From positions 62,001-126,000 of the forward strand of contig CBFFSA010000018.1 in assembly GCA_965644495.1 (NCBI GenBank): a DNA stretch of 64,000 nt. The letters run 5' to 3'. The stretch is from Perkinsela sp. CCAP 1560/9 (Eukaryota > Protista > Euglenozoa: Kinetoplastea). This document shows, piece by piece, positions 1 to 10,366 of the stretch. Below the pieces are notes generated by a model. It worked only from the letters and a program-made list of their open reading frames with translations, searched no databases and was not told the origin of the DNA. Within the stretch, counting starts at the first letter, position 1; every line of letters begins with the position of its first letter. The translations under genes were made by a program, and so were the position numbers.

Positions 1-417
1 CAGCCGGAGGGGCGTACTGCAACCGACTCGGTCCCAGTCGGTAGAGGTGGTCCAGGCAACTCACCATCTCTTTACGCAGCCGGAGGGGCGCACTGCAACC
101 GACCGCTGCCTCGCGATAATGCAAGGCAGAGTCACGCCCAGTGGTCCTCAAGGGAGGCCACCATGGCGCATAGCTCCCGGGAAGAGACAGGCGCGAGAAG
201 AAGAAAGCCGGGGAGGGAAGAAAACTCACTCAAGGAGTGAGCCGGGGAGGGGTGAAAAGTCGGAAGTACGTCCCCTACTTCCACGACAAAGAGGGACAGT
301 TTCCGCTAGCCGTCAGCCGGAAACGGGCATTTAAAAGGAAAATGTATGCCCGTTTCCGGGAAAAGAAAGGAAGGGCTAGCAAAATGTACCAACAAGGTAC
401 AGAAACTGTATCTTTAT
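1..417 (-). mobile_element. SL-headed non-autonomous retroelement (SINE-like), subfamily B; 3' part runs off the window
   Basis: Minus strand begins ATAAAGATACAGTTTCTGTACCTTGTTG (417-390), then GTACATTTTGCTAG and a CCGGAAACGGGCAT...ATGCCCGTTTCCGG hairpin. Homologous to 17250-17820. Interrupts an LRR gene. Confidence 0.85.
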
Positions 418-757
418 GCATGACAACAAGCTGGCGTGGCAGTGCCTCAAGCTCCACCCTTCCTGTCAAACGGCTGTACCATATGTAACACCTGAGTAAT
501 GTGTGGGGTAGACAATTCCATTGCAGCGTTCCCGCAATTTCCCCAGGACGTTTCCAGTTAAGGTCAGTAACGTGCATGCCGTCATCACATTCTACATCAC
601 GCCAATTACACGCAATTGTTGATGTGGTCCATGAGGGATCTGTATTTTGAGTATGCTCAATGAATCGTGCGAGATCGTATTCTTGAGGCAATTCTGCACC
701 TCGCACCTTAGACGGCAGTCTAGGCTGTGTCGAAATGTCAGAGGTGTGACAGAGCAT
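418..757 (-). pseudogene. LRR protein, 5' part, interrupted by SL-headed element
   Basis: KVRGAELPQEYDLARF...CNWRDVEC cap plus LRR, broken at LPRQLVVMH| where SL-derived KDTVSVPC starts. Confidence 0.85.
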
Positions 758-946
758 ACATATGAAGCAAAGTTCTGATGAATGAAACGAAAAAGTAATA
801 TCGTACTTGTAACGTTTAGTATAAAAAAGTGCGGATTGTCGGCGGATACAATATGTATTTCCAAAGCGCTAATTTTACTTCAGGGTTTTTCCTTCACCTT
901 GAAATGATCACCTTTACCCCATTAAACAAATACAAACTGCAACGCT

Positions 947-1768
947 TCAAAATTCCACACAAGAGGGCACGAACTCCTTCGGCGCGCGTAGACCCTTATT
1001 CCACGACAAATCCACCCGAATCACACCGGAAGGAATCTTCTCCAGCACAGCTACTCCACTAAACTGATTGTGGGAAGCAAGCAGTCGCATAAACCCTGCT
1101 GGGAGATTTCGAATCTCCACCTCCCCACTTAACTGGTTATGCGACAGCGTAAGCTGTTCCATAGACTGCGGCAACGCCGAGAACCCCACCGACCCTGTGA
1201 ACGCATTATGCGACAGTGTCAACATACGAATCTTAAACGGGAGAGCGGAGAGATTCACGGCTCCGTGGAACCGGTTCCGGGACAACAACACCTCCCTTAT
1301 CCCCACAGGGAGCTCAGCCAACTCTAGTGTCCCCTCGAGGACATTGTCCACCGCAGCGAGCACCCGCAACTCATGCGGGAGGTTCCGGGTTGCCAACGGC
1401 CCACTGAACCGGTTATGGGTGAGTTGCAGCTCACACAGGGAGCGGGGAAGGGAGGCGAACCCCACAGCCCCGTCCAGGGCATTCCCCCCTTGGGCGGTGC
1501 CAAGGGTTAGGGAGGTGAGGGTGGGAGGGAGGTGGGTCCACAAGGGGCGACCACGTAGCTTGCGGTCATCCCACCGGATACGACACACGTGGTGGCGTTC
1601 CTTGTCCAGGTACACCCCGGACCACTGGTCCACGGGACGGGAGAGGGTCCAGGAGGGATGACGAGGAGAGATATCGCCAAGGAACCGGTCGAGGTCGTAT
1701 TCAGGGGGAAGCTGAGCCCCCCGGACCCGTGCGGGTCGGGCAGAGTCCGCGAGGGATAGGGGGTACAT
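947..1768 (-). CDS. LRR protein (family cap + ~7 23-aa repeats)
   Basis: RVRGAQLPPEYDLDRF cap; LPxxLxxLxLxxNxFxG repeats; probable start MYPLS at 1768. Confidence 0.85.
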   Translation of the reverse strand: MYPLSLADSARPARVRGAQLPPEYDLDRFLGDISPRHPSWTLSRPVDQWSGVYLDKERHHVCRIRWDDRKLRGRPLWTHLPPTLTSLTLGTAQGGNALDGAVGFASLPRSLCELQLTHNRFSGPLATRNLPHELRVLAAVDNVLEGTLELAELPVGIREVLLSRNRFHGAVNLSALPFKIRMLTLSHNAFTGSVGFSALPQSMEQLTLSHNQLSGEVEIRNLPAGFMRLLASHNQFSGVAVLEKIPSGVIRVDLSWNKGLRAPKEFVPSCVEF

Positions 1769-2029
1769 GGTGGGGGTGTGAAAATGTGGGTGGTTGAGAA
1801 TAGGTTTGTGACTGTGTATACCACCCTCAAGGTTATTATTCACATTCAAAGTATGGTTTCTTTGCGAATAGTATAGTCCCCAGAAACACGAAACGGAAAT
1901 ACACCCCTTCTCAGAAGTGCGCCCCCCTGGGAAATTTTGATTCTCTTATTTTATCCGTTTTTGCTCATTTTTGTTGCATTTTGTAGATCTTTGTAAAAAA
2001 TAGTACTTTGCTACAGCCCATGAGTACTG

Positions 2030-3179
2030 GGCCCCAGTTGTGTGGTCGGACGAGACCAATATCTCGCGCTTTCAAACGGGGAGGTCTTTGTGCATGAGGG
2101 ATTCCTGGGGAGGAACTAGGTGGAAAAGGGGTGATCCCTACGGTGAAATATGGAGGGGAGGACATCATGATTTGGACGTATGTCCTGAAGCGGTGTGGGG
2201 TATGTGTATAAAGATACAGTTTCTGTACCTTGTTGTTCATCCTTTCTTTCCACGGCAACAGGCATAGTCTTACTGTAATTATATGCCCGTTGCCGGCCGG
2301 CACTAAGGTCAGGACTGTCCCTCTTTTCGTTGAAGCAGGGGACGCGCCTTTCACCCTTCACCCCTCCCCGACTCACTCTCCTGGAGTGAGTGTGCTTCCC
2401 TCTCTCGGCTTTTCTTTCTCGTGTCTACCTTTCCGAGGAGGTAATGCGTCACGGTGGCCTCCCTTAAGGACCACTAGACGTGTCCTTCGCTACGACTTCC
2501 GGCTCTCCGCACCTGGCGGTCACCCAGCTCTCCACACCTCGACTCTGTCGCAGCTCTCTGCACCCGGATTGCCCCCGAAACTGTAATATGGGGATTACGC
2601 ATCCGGCTCTCTGCACCTGCACATGACAACCGAGCTCTCTGCACCTGGGACGCCAGCTCTCTGCACCCACTTGCCACAGGCGAAGGCGAACCCTCGCGTG
2701 ATCCACCCGTCGTATGCGGGGTAAGGACATGTAGTGAGGCAAATCTCTGCATTATAAGTGCATGAAAAAAACAACTCTGGTTCAAGGGAACCTGAAGATT
2801 CTTGAGAATCTTTTCCCCTCTATCGAAAGTATCGGTCTAAATCCTCCAAGGCTGTCTCCCAACAAGATAACGACCCCAAGAGCAATCCGTTGTGCGCAAC
2901 GGTACCTTCGGGGTACCAGGATTGAAGTTGTGCGGTGGCCCCCGCAATCCCCTGACTTTAATCCCATTGAGACTCAAGCGGCGCCTTGCAGCACACTATG
3001 ATCCCCCAAGAGGTGTCCGAGAGTTGTGGGAGAGGGTCAAGATGGAAAGGGCGGACATACCACCCTCAGCATGTCGTGCTCAGGTGGACTCCTGTAGATT
3101 GCGAAGACGAAAGATAATCGATGGTAGGACTGGAACTTCGACGTCTTTTTATCGGAGGCTCTTGACAATCGTATCTTGA
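2030..3179 (+). mobile_element. Degenerate IS630/Tc1/mariner transposase, interrupted by SL-headed element
   Basis: DDE motifs in broken frames: WSDET, VWG, QQDNDPK (~2860), WPPQSPDFNPIE (~2935-2970). TIRs not identified. Confidence 0.8.
2208..2771 (+). mobile_element. SL-headed non-autonomous retroelement, subfamily A (spliced-form copy)
   Basis: SL relic 2208-2235 joined directly to TTCATCC; GCTCTCTGCACC internal repeats; ends ATCTC-TGCATTATAAGTGCA-TGA-A-tail. Confidence 0.9.
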
Positions 3180-3517
3180 AATCTTAATCTTGCAAACCAG
3201 AACATGTATAACATCACAAATACGAGATTTTCCAGAACTACTCTTTAAGATATGTATTCAAAATAATGTAAATGATACCATTTTCAGAAAACATAAATAT
3301 GGTACTTTAACAAAAAAATCTCCTTTTAAAGATTTTAAGACAAGAGAGAGTTTTAAGACAAGGGATCCCATGCAAACCTCTTTTCAATGAAGGTCTGGAG
3401 GAGAACTCTCGCTTTCGGGCATTGATCTCTTTCCTTCAACGTCGTGCACATTTGAGTCTCTCATTTCCGACTCACCTAGTCCTTCGGGATGCAGCTTCTC
3501 TGCAGTCGATCCCCCTG

Positions 3518-6500
3518 CTAAGCCGGATCACCCAAAATGTGATCCATCTCCACCACCCCTGCACCCGCCTCTGTACCATTCTCCCCGCCTCGCTCCTTCT
3601 CCCCGCCTCGCTCCTTCTCCCCACCATTTTCCGAAAAAATACCGCCTTGCGATACCTCTCGCAACGCCGAATCTTGCGACACATCCTGCGAAATCACTAC
3701 AACCTCTTTCCCCCCCTTTTCTTCTTCCTCCTCCCTCTCGAGTTCTCCTTCTTCCCGAGAAGACTTCCCCCCCTCGTTCTCCCCCTTTTCCACTTCCTCC
3801 CCACCCCCCTCATCTCCCCGAGAAGAACTCTTCTCCCCTTCCCCTTCCCCCTTCTCCTTTCCCTCTTCCCCACCCACCATCTCCCTCTCTTCCCCTACAG
3901 AACCCTTCTCCCCTCCCCCCTTCTCCTTTCCCTCTTCCCCACCCACCACCTCCCTCTCTTCCCCCACAGAACCCTTCTCCCCTTCCCCTTCCCCCTCCTC
4001 CTTTCCCCTCCCCTCTTCCCCACCCACCACCTCCCTTTCTTCCCCTACACAACCCTTCTCCCCTTCCCCTTCCCCCCCCTCCTCCTTTCCCCTCCCCTTT
4101 TCCCCACCCACCACCACCCCCTCTTCCCCACCCACCACCACCCCCTCTTCCCCACCCACCACCACCCCCTCTTCCCCACCCACCACCCCCTCTTCCCCAC
4201 CCACCACCTCCCTCTCTTCCCCTACACAACCCTTCTCCCCTTCCCCTTCCCCCCCCTCCTCCTTTCCCCTCCCCTCTTCCCCACCCACCACCTCCCCCTC
4301 TTCCCCACCCACCACCCCCTCTTCCCCACCCACCACCTCCCTCTCTTCCCCCACAGAACCCTTCTCCCCTTCCCCTTCCCCCTCCTCCTTTCCCCTCCCC
4401 TCTTCCCCACCCACCACCTCCCTTTCTTCCCCTACACAACCCTTCTCCCCTTCCCCTTCCCCCCCCTCCTCCTTTCCCCTCCCCTTTTCCCCACCCACCA
4501 CCACCCCCTCTTCCCCACCCACCACCACCCCCTCTTCCCCACCCACCACCACCCCCTCTTCCCCACCCACCACCACCCCCTCTTCCCCACCCACCACCAC
4601 CCCCTCTTCCCCACCCACCACCTCCCTCTCTTCCCCTACACAACCCTTCTCCCCTTCCCCTTCCCCCCCCTCCTCCTTTCCCCTCCCCTCTTCCCCACCC
4701 ACCACCTCCCCCTCTTCCCCACCCACCACCTCCCCCTTCCCCCCCCGTTCCCTCCCCCCCCTCCCCCTCCCCCCGCCCTTCCCCCAGTACCTCAGCAGGG
4801 CCCCCACCAGCCTCCCCCGCCGCTTCCCCGCCCCCCCGCACCCCACCCCCCTCCCCCGCGCGTACCCCTCCAGCTCCCCCACCCGGTACCACTGCAGCAG
4901 CTGCCACGCCGAGGTGTCGGGCCCGATCGGGGGCCGGTGCGCCACCAGGGTAGCGTGGGGGACGCGGGCGGGGGCGGTGAGCATGGCGTGGGCCGTGGCG
5001 GCGGGGACGGGGGGGTCGGCGGAGGTGACCCAGTGGACGGGGACGGAGCGGCTGGGGTCCGTGCAGAGGGCGATGAGCTCATCGGGGGTGGGGGGAGCGG
5101 CCATAGTACTTGTGGGGGTAGAGGCCGCAGTGGCGATGGTATTTGTGGGGGTAGTGGCGATAGGACTTGTGGGGGTAGAGGCCGCAGTGGCCATAGGGGG
5201 TGTAGGGGTAGCGGCCATGGGGGGTGTAGAGAGGGGACGGGGAGTCTCGGAGGGGATAAGGGTTGTTATGGTGGATAGGGAGACGAAGGGGCTGTTGTTG
5301 TTGTTGTTGTTAGGTTGCGTTGGTGAAGGGGTAGAGAATGTGGTGTTGGGTTGGAGTGAAGTTGTTTTTTGTTTTTTATGGCTTGGACGGGGAGGTTTGG
5401 GGTTGGTGTCTTTGAGGGTGCGAGAGTTGCGAGCTTTCGACGGGCGGGTAGGGGTTGTTTTGGTTTCTTGTCCCTTTTCTGGGGTTTCGGATGATGTGGG
5501 GGATTTTGTTATCCTGTTTTTTTTGGTCGAGGACAATCCAAAAGTGTTGTCTACTTTGGCAAGAAATGTTCTTTTGCGGCTGGAAGGGGGGTTGATGCTG
5601 GTAGGAGTTGCATCATTCGGGGAGGGATGGGTTTCGGGAAACAAACTTAACGGAGAAGAGCGCAATTGTGAGGTAGGAGAGGGTCGTGCCGGGGGTGTCT
5701 CAAAGGAGCTGTCTTTTCCAGTGGCCGAAAGATTGGCAGAAGAGGCTAATGAAAAAGACGTAGAAGGAGCGAGATTTGTAAGAAGTGCGGTTTTGGAGGG
5801 TGGGGGTGTTGATTCAGTTGGCAGTGCAGATTCTTGGGTAGCAGTTGATGCTTTTAAATTGGATGGATCTGAGTCCATGACGAGTGACTGTGCTAAAGGT
5901 TGTGCATTAAAGGCTAGATCGCTTGAAACCGGCGCCTCTACGGATAATTCCGAAGGCTCCGTTGGTTGTGCAAGCTCACTCGTGGGATGTGAAGTCTCAG
6001 GTCGGTGAGCAATAGAAACAAGATTACAAAACGTCCCGTCCAAAGATAAACGGGAAATAAAGCATGTCAACGTCCATCGTGCTGCAGGCTGAATGTGTTT
6101 CGTCGGTAACCCAATGCCTCTTGCCGTCGCTTCAAGTTGTCGCCTTGAGAATCCGGATAGCAAGGCATTGATTCCCAAAGCGATGTACCAATTTAGTAAA
6201 TCTCCTTCGAAAATTTCGTACATTGCGTGATGCTTGGCAATGGGCTCAATGTAGTTATAACATTCCTGATGTTTCGAAGGTTGACCCAAATAAGCGGCTT
6301 CATTAAATTCTGAAAGCGCCTTTTCGGCTTCTAAGGTCAGACTTCCATCCCGAAGGGTCTCTTCCCCGGGCTGCGCAGAACTGTCGCTTGACTGCTTCTC
6401 AGCAGCAAGAGTGTGCCCCACCATCTGACGAAGACGCGCTTGTGCATTTCGATAAATGAATTGCAAGGCCGCTTCTACACTCATGGAAGGATCCAAAGAG

Positions 6501-6643
6501 TAGTAATGCCTCACCGACTGTTGCAATAGTCCTTCTATTTTCATCAGAAGCAGGAATATAAACTCAAAATCAAAATAAAACGGAAAAGACATAAACGGTA
6601 TCAGACTCACTCGCCTTATTGTTTTAGAAACAAAGCAGCACAA
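3518..6643 (-). CDS. Hypothetical protein with P/S/T-rich middle and G/E/V tandem-repeat C-terminus
   Basis: 1041-aa ORF in cluster orientation with a globular-looking N-terminus; exact start uncertain. Confidence 0.65.
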   Translation of the reverse strand: MCCFVSKTIRRVSLIPFMSFPFYFDFEFIFLLLMKIEGLLQQSVRHYYSLDPSMSVEAALQFIYRNAQARLRQMVGHTLAAEKQSSDSSAQPGEETLRDGSLTLEAEKALSEFNEAAYLGQPSKHQECYNYIEPIAKHHAMYEIFEGDLLNWYIALGINALLSGFSRRQLEATARGIGLPTKHIQPAARWTLTCFISRLSLDGTFCNLVSIAHRPETSHPTSELAQPTEPSELSVEAPVSSDLAFNAQPLAQSLVMDSDPSNLKASTATQESALPTESTPPPSKTALLTNLAPSTSFSLASSANLSATGKDSSFETPPARPSPTSQLRSSPLSLFPETHPSPNDATPTSINPPSSRKRTFLAKVDNTFGLSSTKKNRITKSPTSSETPEKGQETKTTPTRPSKARNSRTLKDTNPKPPRPSHKKQKTTSLQPNTTFSTPSPTQPNNNNNNSPFVSLSTITTLIPSETPRPLSTPPMAATPTPPMATAASTPTSPIATTPTNTIATAASTPTSTMAAPPTPDELIALCTDPSRSVPVHWVTSADPPVPAATAHAMLTAPARVPHATLVAHRPPIGPDTSAWQLLQWYRVGELEGYARGRGVGCGGAGKRRGRLVGALLRYWGKGGGRGRGGRERGGKGEVVGGEEGEVVGGEEGRGKEEGGEGEGEKGCVGEEREVVGGEEGVVVGGEEGVVVGGEEGVVVGGEEGVVVGGEEGVVVGGEKGRGKEEGGEGEGEKGCVGEEREVVGGEEGRGKEEGEGEGEKGSVGEEREVVGGEEGVVGGEEGEVVGGEEGRGKEEGGEGEGEKGCVGEEREVVGGEEGVVGGEEGVVVGGEEGVVVGGEEGVVVGGEKGRGKEEGGEGEGEKGCVGEEREVVGGEEGRGKEEGEGEGEKGSVGEEREVVGGEEGKEKGGGEKGSVGEEREMVGGEEGKEKGEGEGEKSSSRGDEGGGEEVEKGENEGGKSSREEGELEREEEEEKGGKEVVVISQDVSQDSALREVSQGGIFSENGGEKERGGEKERGGENGTEAGAGVVEMDHILGDPA
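3800..4740. repeat. Coding minisatellite (18/21-bp units within larger higher-order units)
   Basis: Repeats of ctcttccccacccaccac(cac)ccc encoding GGEEGVV(V), alternating with [22 protein letters not shown] blocks. Confidence 0.9.
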
Positions 6644-7081
6644 TCATACACAGTCCAGCTCTTGGCTTGCTCCCCCCCACCCCCAGGCTCCAGAGCACAC
6701 CGTAAGAGATTTTGACCCAATTCCTTCGGCATTCAACAGATCTCAAAAAAAGCTAGCGCGTTTCCCACCGTTTGTTACCCTAGATAGCGTTCGTAAAACG
6801 AGATTAGTACAGGACCAGCCTATGAGTTTTTAAGCTTACCGTATACTTCCCCCAGTAAGGTACCCCACCTAGCCAGTTTTGGGCTGACCCCCAGTAAGAG
6901 AGATTTGGCTCGGGAGCCCCACAGGAGGCGTATAGGGGGTAGGGGGTGGGTGTCTGCATGTTGAGGGCCTCGGGGATAACCCAAAGAAGCGTTTTAACAC
7001 ATTTTCACAAGAAAAAATACTAATATTTCTCGGCCGTTGTTTTCACAAGGTACATCCTTTCACAAGGTGTATCCTTTCTTC

Positions 7082-7490
7082 GAGCGGTGGTGCGCCCCTC
7101 AAAATGACACATTTTTGACCAAAGAAGGTGAAAAAGTATTTTTCGGACCCCAAGGGGCCTTTGTGTGTCGAAAGAATGGTGTGGTTGGAGTCGCATTCTC
7201 CACCCAACACGTTCGGTAGGCTTTGCTTCATCCCTACGAGTCATTTCCCACACGCAAACATCAGATTTAGTGCTTTGAGAGCAAAAATACGCGAAAATCA
7301 CCCCGTTTTTACCCGAAAATCGGCTATTTTTGGCTATAATCTTTCCGTTTTCTTCAGCTTTCCTGACCAATTTTTCTTTTTTAGGCTCTGCGTTTAACGC
7401 GGTGGTAGTTTTCAACGCGAAGAGCGCAGCATGAGTGACTTCTAAGTTGAAAACAACCACCGCGTTTAACGAAGAGCCTGAAAAAGAATT
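7082..7490. repeat. Dispersed ~400-bp repeat ending in a ~97-bp palindrome (MITE-like)
   Basis: Similar to 15090-15487. Inverted repeat aggctctgcgtttaacgcggtggtagttttcaac...gttgaaaacaaccaccgcgtttaacgaagagcct at 7383-7479. Confidence 0.75.
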
Positions 7491-7799
7491 ACTTAAATGA
7501 ACGAAAAGACATCAAAAGTACGCCAAAATTTATTTTATAGTCCGTAAGTGGGGTTCGAAAGAAAGTGAAGAAGACTCAAGAGCAAAAGATAAAAAAAAGA
7601 AATCAAAGAAAATAATGAATAAATCGCGGCAATGACAGTCGTGCAAGTATTTGAATGCAAGTCTTCAATAAGTTAGTATTGTGATTTCAACCGTGCGGAT
7701 GACACCGGGAGCCGTTCTTATACGTTTTTCTGGATTATTAACATTGGAAAATAATAAAACTTTCAAGGATAGGAACGCATGGATAATGCATGTAAGAGC

Positions 7800-9149
7800 T
7801 CATGTTTCATGATAGAGTTTTCGTTCCGTGGCAATGCGATGCAGTGCTGCTTTCAACTCCAAATTATTTCGACGGAGTATTGCAGCCTCACCTTCCAGAG
7901 AATCTGTCTTTTTCTGAAGACTGATTTGCGTGCTTTGAAGAGATTTAAGTGCTTGTTGCGCCTCGGACCGCTCATTTTGAGCCTCTTTGCACAATTTTTG
8001 ATTGTCATCGTCCTGCCTCTGATATTCACGTAGATCAATATTAACAGTCGCGTTTAAGAACTCGTGAATTATTTCGTTGAATTGTACATTCTGGGCCTCC
8101 ATAGACTGTATTTGAACACCAAGACGGGTATAACGTAAAAAAACGTCCAAACATTGAGAACACGAGTCGTTGTAAGATTTGACGTTCGAGTGCTCTCGAG
8201 AAGAAAACAAACTTGAAATCCATTTCAGTGCACTACGTTCTTGCGATACCTTGCAAGCACTCAAGGGTACGAAAATTGGATGTCGAGTTATATTTCTTCT
8301 TGTTACCCAGTTTTGAGCATGATTCATTTGTTCTTGCACTAGCTCAGTACCACTCTCCACATTTTTTAAAGCAATTTCTAAATCTGCTCCTTTGATGCAT
8401 GCCAACTCTCTTGTTTGATTCAAAGCCAATACATAAGCTTCCATGATCGGTGAAACGCTCTGTAATATTTTATTTTCTTTGGAGAGAGATCCGCTTTCAG
8501 TTCTTTCACACTCCAATGCATTTGAGAGATGCTTCATTGTCTTGCTATTATCTTCATTAAAACGTTCTAGCTGCTGCAATTTCAGGTCTAGCGTACTATT
8601 TTGTGTTTTTAACTGCTCGTTTGCGTTATATAAATCCTTGCAGTGTTTTTCTTGCGAGTCATGCAAAGCAGCCAAATTCACGAAAATTTGTACAGTTTCA
8701 TGCACGTCCTTTTCCAGCAATGCCAAAGATGTTCCCAGTCGATGATAAATGTTCTGAAACTCTGTTGTAGAATCGACTGCACTCCAGGTTTTATCGTCTT
8801 CTGTAGAAATAACATGTTCTCGCTTGGACAATTGTTTCTTCAAAAAAGATAGCTGCATGCGTAAGTCTTGAATGACGCTCTCTCTTTGCTGTAATTCGCG
8901 GTCAATGCGCCGTTGAGAAGCCTCTAATTTTTGAACACGAAGACGGTGCTGAACACTCAAGTGTTGTATTTCTTTCTCAAGTCTCGTCTCTTGTTCGGAA
9001 CTTACGAAGAATGGGTTCGCAGGCACCTTGGAAACATTTGGTGCACCTCTGTCAAGTGCGCCGTGCTTTTTAAGATTTTTTTCTGCTTCGCCTTTCGTTT
9101 CCTTCAATGATACCTCAGGCTCCTCAGATAACGTCGTATTAATCGTCAT
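7800..9149 (-). CDS. Hypothetical coiled-coil protein
   Basis: 449-aa ORF rich in L/E/Q/K heptads. Confidence 0.7.
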   Translation of the reverse strand: MTINTTLSEEPEVSLKETKGEAEKNLKKHGALDRGAPNVSKVPANPFFVSSEQETRLEKEIQHLSVQHRLRVQKLEASQRRIDRELQQRESVIQDLRMQLSFLKKQLSKREHVISTEDDKTWSAVDSTTEFQNIYHRLGTSLALLEKDVHETVQIFVNLAALHDSQEKHCKDLYNANEQLKTQNSTLDLKLQQLERFNEDNSKTMKHLSNALECERTESGSLSKENKILQSVSPIMEAYVLALNQTRELACIKGADLEIALKNVESGTELVQEQMNHAQNWVTRRNITRHPIFVPLSACKVSQERSALKWISSLFSSREHSNVKSYNDSCSQCLDVFLRYTRLGVQIQSMEAQNVQFNEIIHEFLNATVNIDLREYQRQDDDNQKLCKEAQNERSEAQQALKSLQSTQISLQKKTDSLEGEAAILRRNNLELKAALHRIATERKLYHET

Positions 9150-9432
9150 GTACCTTCGATAAAGACCATGTCAAGAGGCTTCCGATAAAAGGACAAGTAA
9201 ACTTATTGGCATTTGAATAGGAACAAACTTCGCATCCATAATATCCGTAGTGAACAGCTTTTTATGGGAACGTTTTATAAATGAGTAAAAAACTGAGATC
9301 AAATGAGATCATGCGATTTTTTCATTGCCTTGATACCACAAGTAAGGCTTTTTTGCTTGGAAAACTGGATCATTTTACAGTACTTTAACTAACACACACG
9401 AGAGTAATCATCTGTGTCTAAATAAAAAAGTG

Positions 9433-10266
9433 TCAGGATATCTTTGTGCCGAACACATACACATTATGCAATGTTTTCGGAAAATTCGATTTATCCAGTT
9501 CACCATGTAGGTCAGGATTATTAGCCAAATGCAGTTCGCCCATGTGTAACGGAAGACGGTCAAACATCACAAGACCATTGAACAGATTATCGTGGCATCT
9601 GAGATTCTGGAGTGATGGAGGCAAGTGCTGTATGTCGAGCGGTCCTGTAAAATGATTTCGCGATATGTCCAAATGCTTCATGGTTCTCGGTAAGCGACCT
9701 AGTTCAACTTCCCCACAAAGATGATTCCTGTTGATCGTCAAAAATTTTAATGTTGGAGGCAAGTGAGTAAGATCCACGCGTCCTTCAAACTTGTTACTTC
9801 TTAGATAAAGTTCATTCATGGCATGTGGTAAATGTAGCAAATCCAATTCCCCCGCAAATTCATTGATCGATAAGTCCATTTCCATTATCCCACGTGGCAA
9901 CACATCGAGTGGTACACTTCCGGTAAGTTTGTTTTGCCATAATAACAATCTACGTAATATATGGCACAAATGGCGCCATTGAAGTGACCCTGTAAGACGC
10001 ATGGAACTCCAATCAATCTGACGTACTTGTGAGTCTTCGTCGCACGTCACGCCATGCCATTCGCATAAAGGCACGGAGGAATACCATGTGGGATCCGGAT
10101 TTAATAAATTTTGAACAAACTGTGCAAGTTCATATTCCTGCGGTATGTTAGTACCTCGGACTTTACCGCGACGCGTTTTTTGCACAGTTCTATTTGAGTC
10201 ATCGGCAGCTTCAAAAAAGGCGAACGATGAGTAGATCATGTAAGGCATGATAAAATGTAAGAGCAA
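9433..10266 (-). CDS. LRR protein
   Basis: KVRGTNIPQEYELAQF...CEWHGVTC cap plus ~7 LRRs. Confidence 0.9.
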   Translation of the reverse strand: MLLHFIMPYMIYSSFAFFEAADDSNRTVQKTRRGKVRGTNIPQEYELAQFVQNLLNPDPTWYSSVPLCEWHGVTCDEDSQVRQIDWSSMRLTGSLQWRHLCHILRRLLLWQNKLTGSVPLDVLPRGIMEMDLSINEFAGELDLLHLPHAMNELYLRSNKFEGRVDLTHLPPTLKFLTINRNHLCGEVELGRLPRTMKHLDISRNHFTGPLDIQHLPPSLQNLRCHDNLFNGLVMFDRLPLHMGELHLANNPDLHGELDKSNFPKTLHNVYVFGTKIS

Positions 10267-10366
10267 ATAAAATGCGAGTTAATGTTCTTACGACATCAAC
10301 GAAGGATCATATGAATGTTCTCTCCTCCAAATAAGAAAAAAAAGAAGGGTTCGCGGAGATTCTTTC

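Noticed and set aside
3422-6008. Long + strand ORFs (618 aa, 364 aa) and similar shadows at 58459-59829
   Set aside because: They are antisense shadows of GC-rich or repetitive minus-strand genes.
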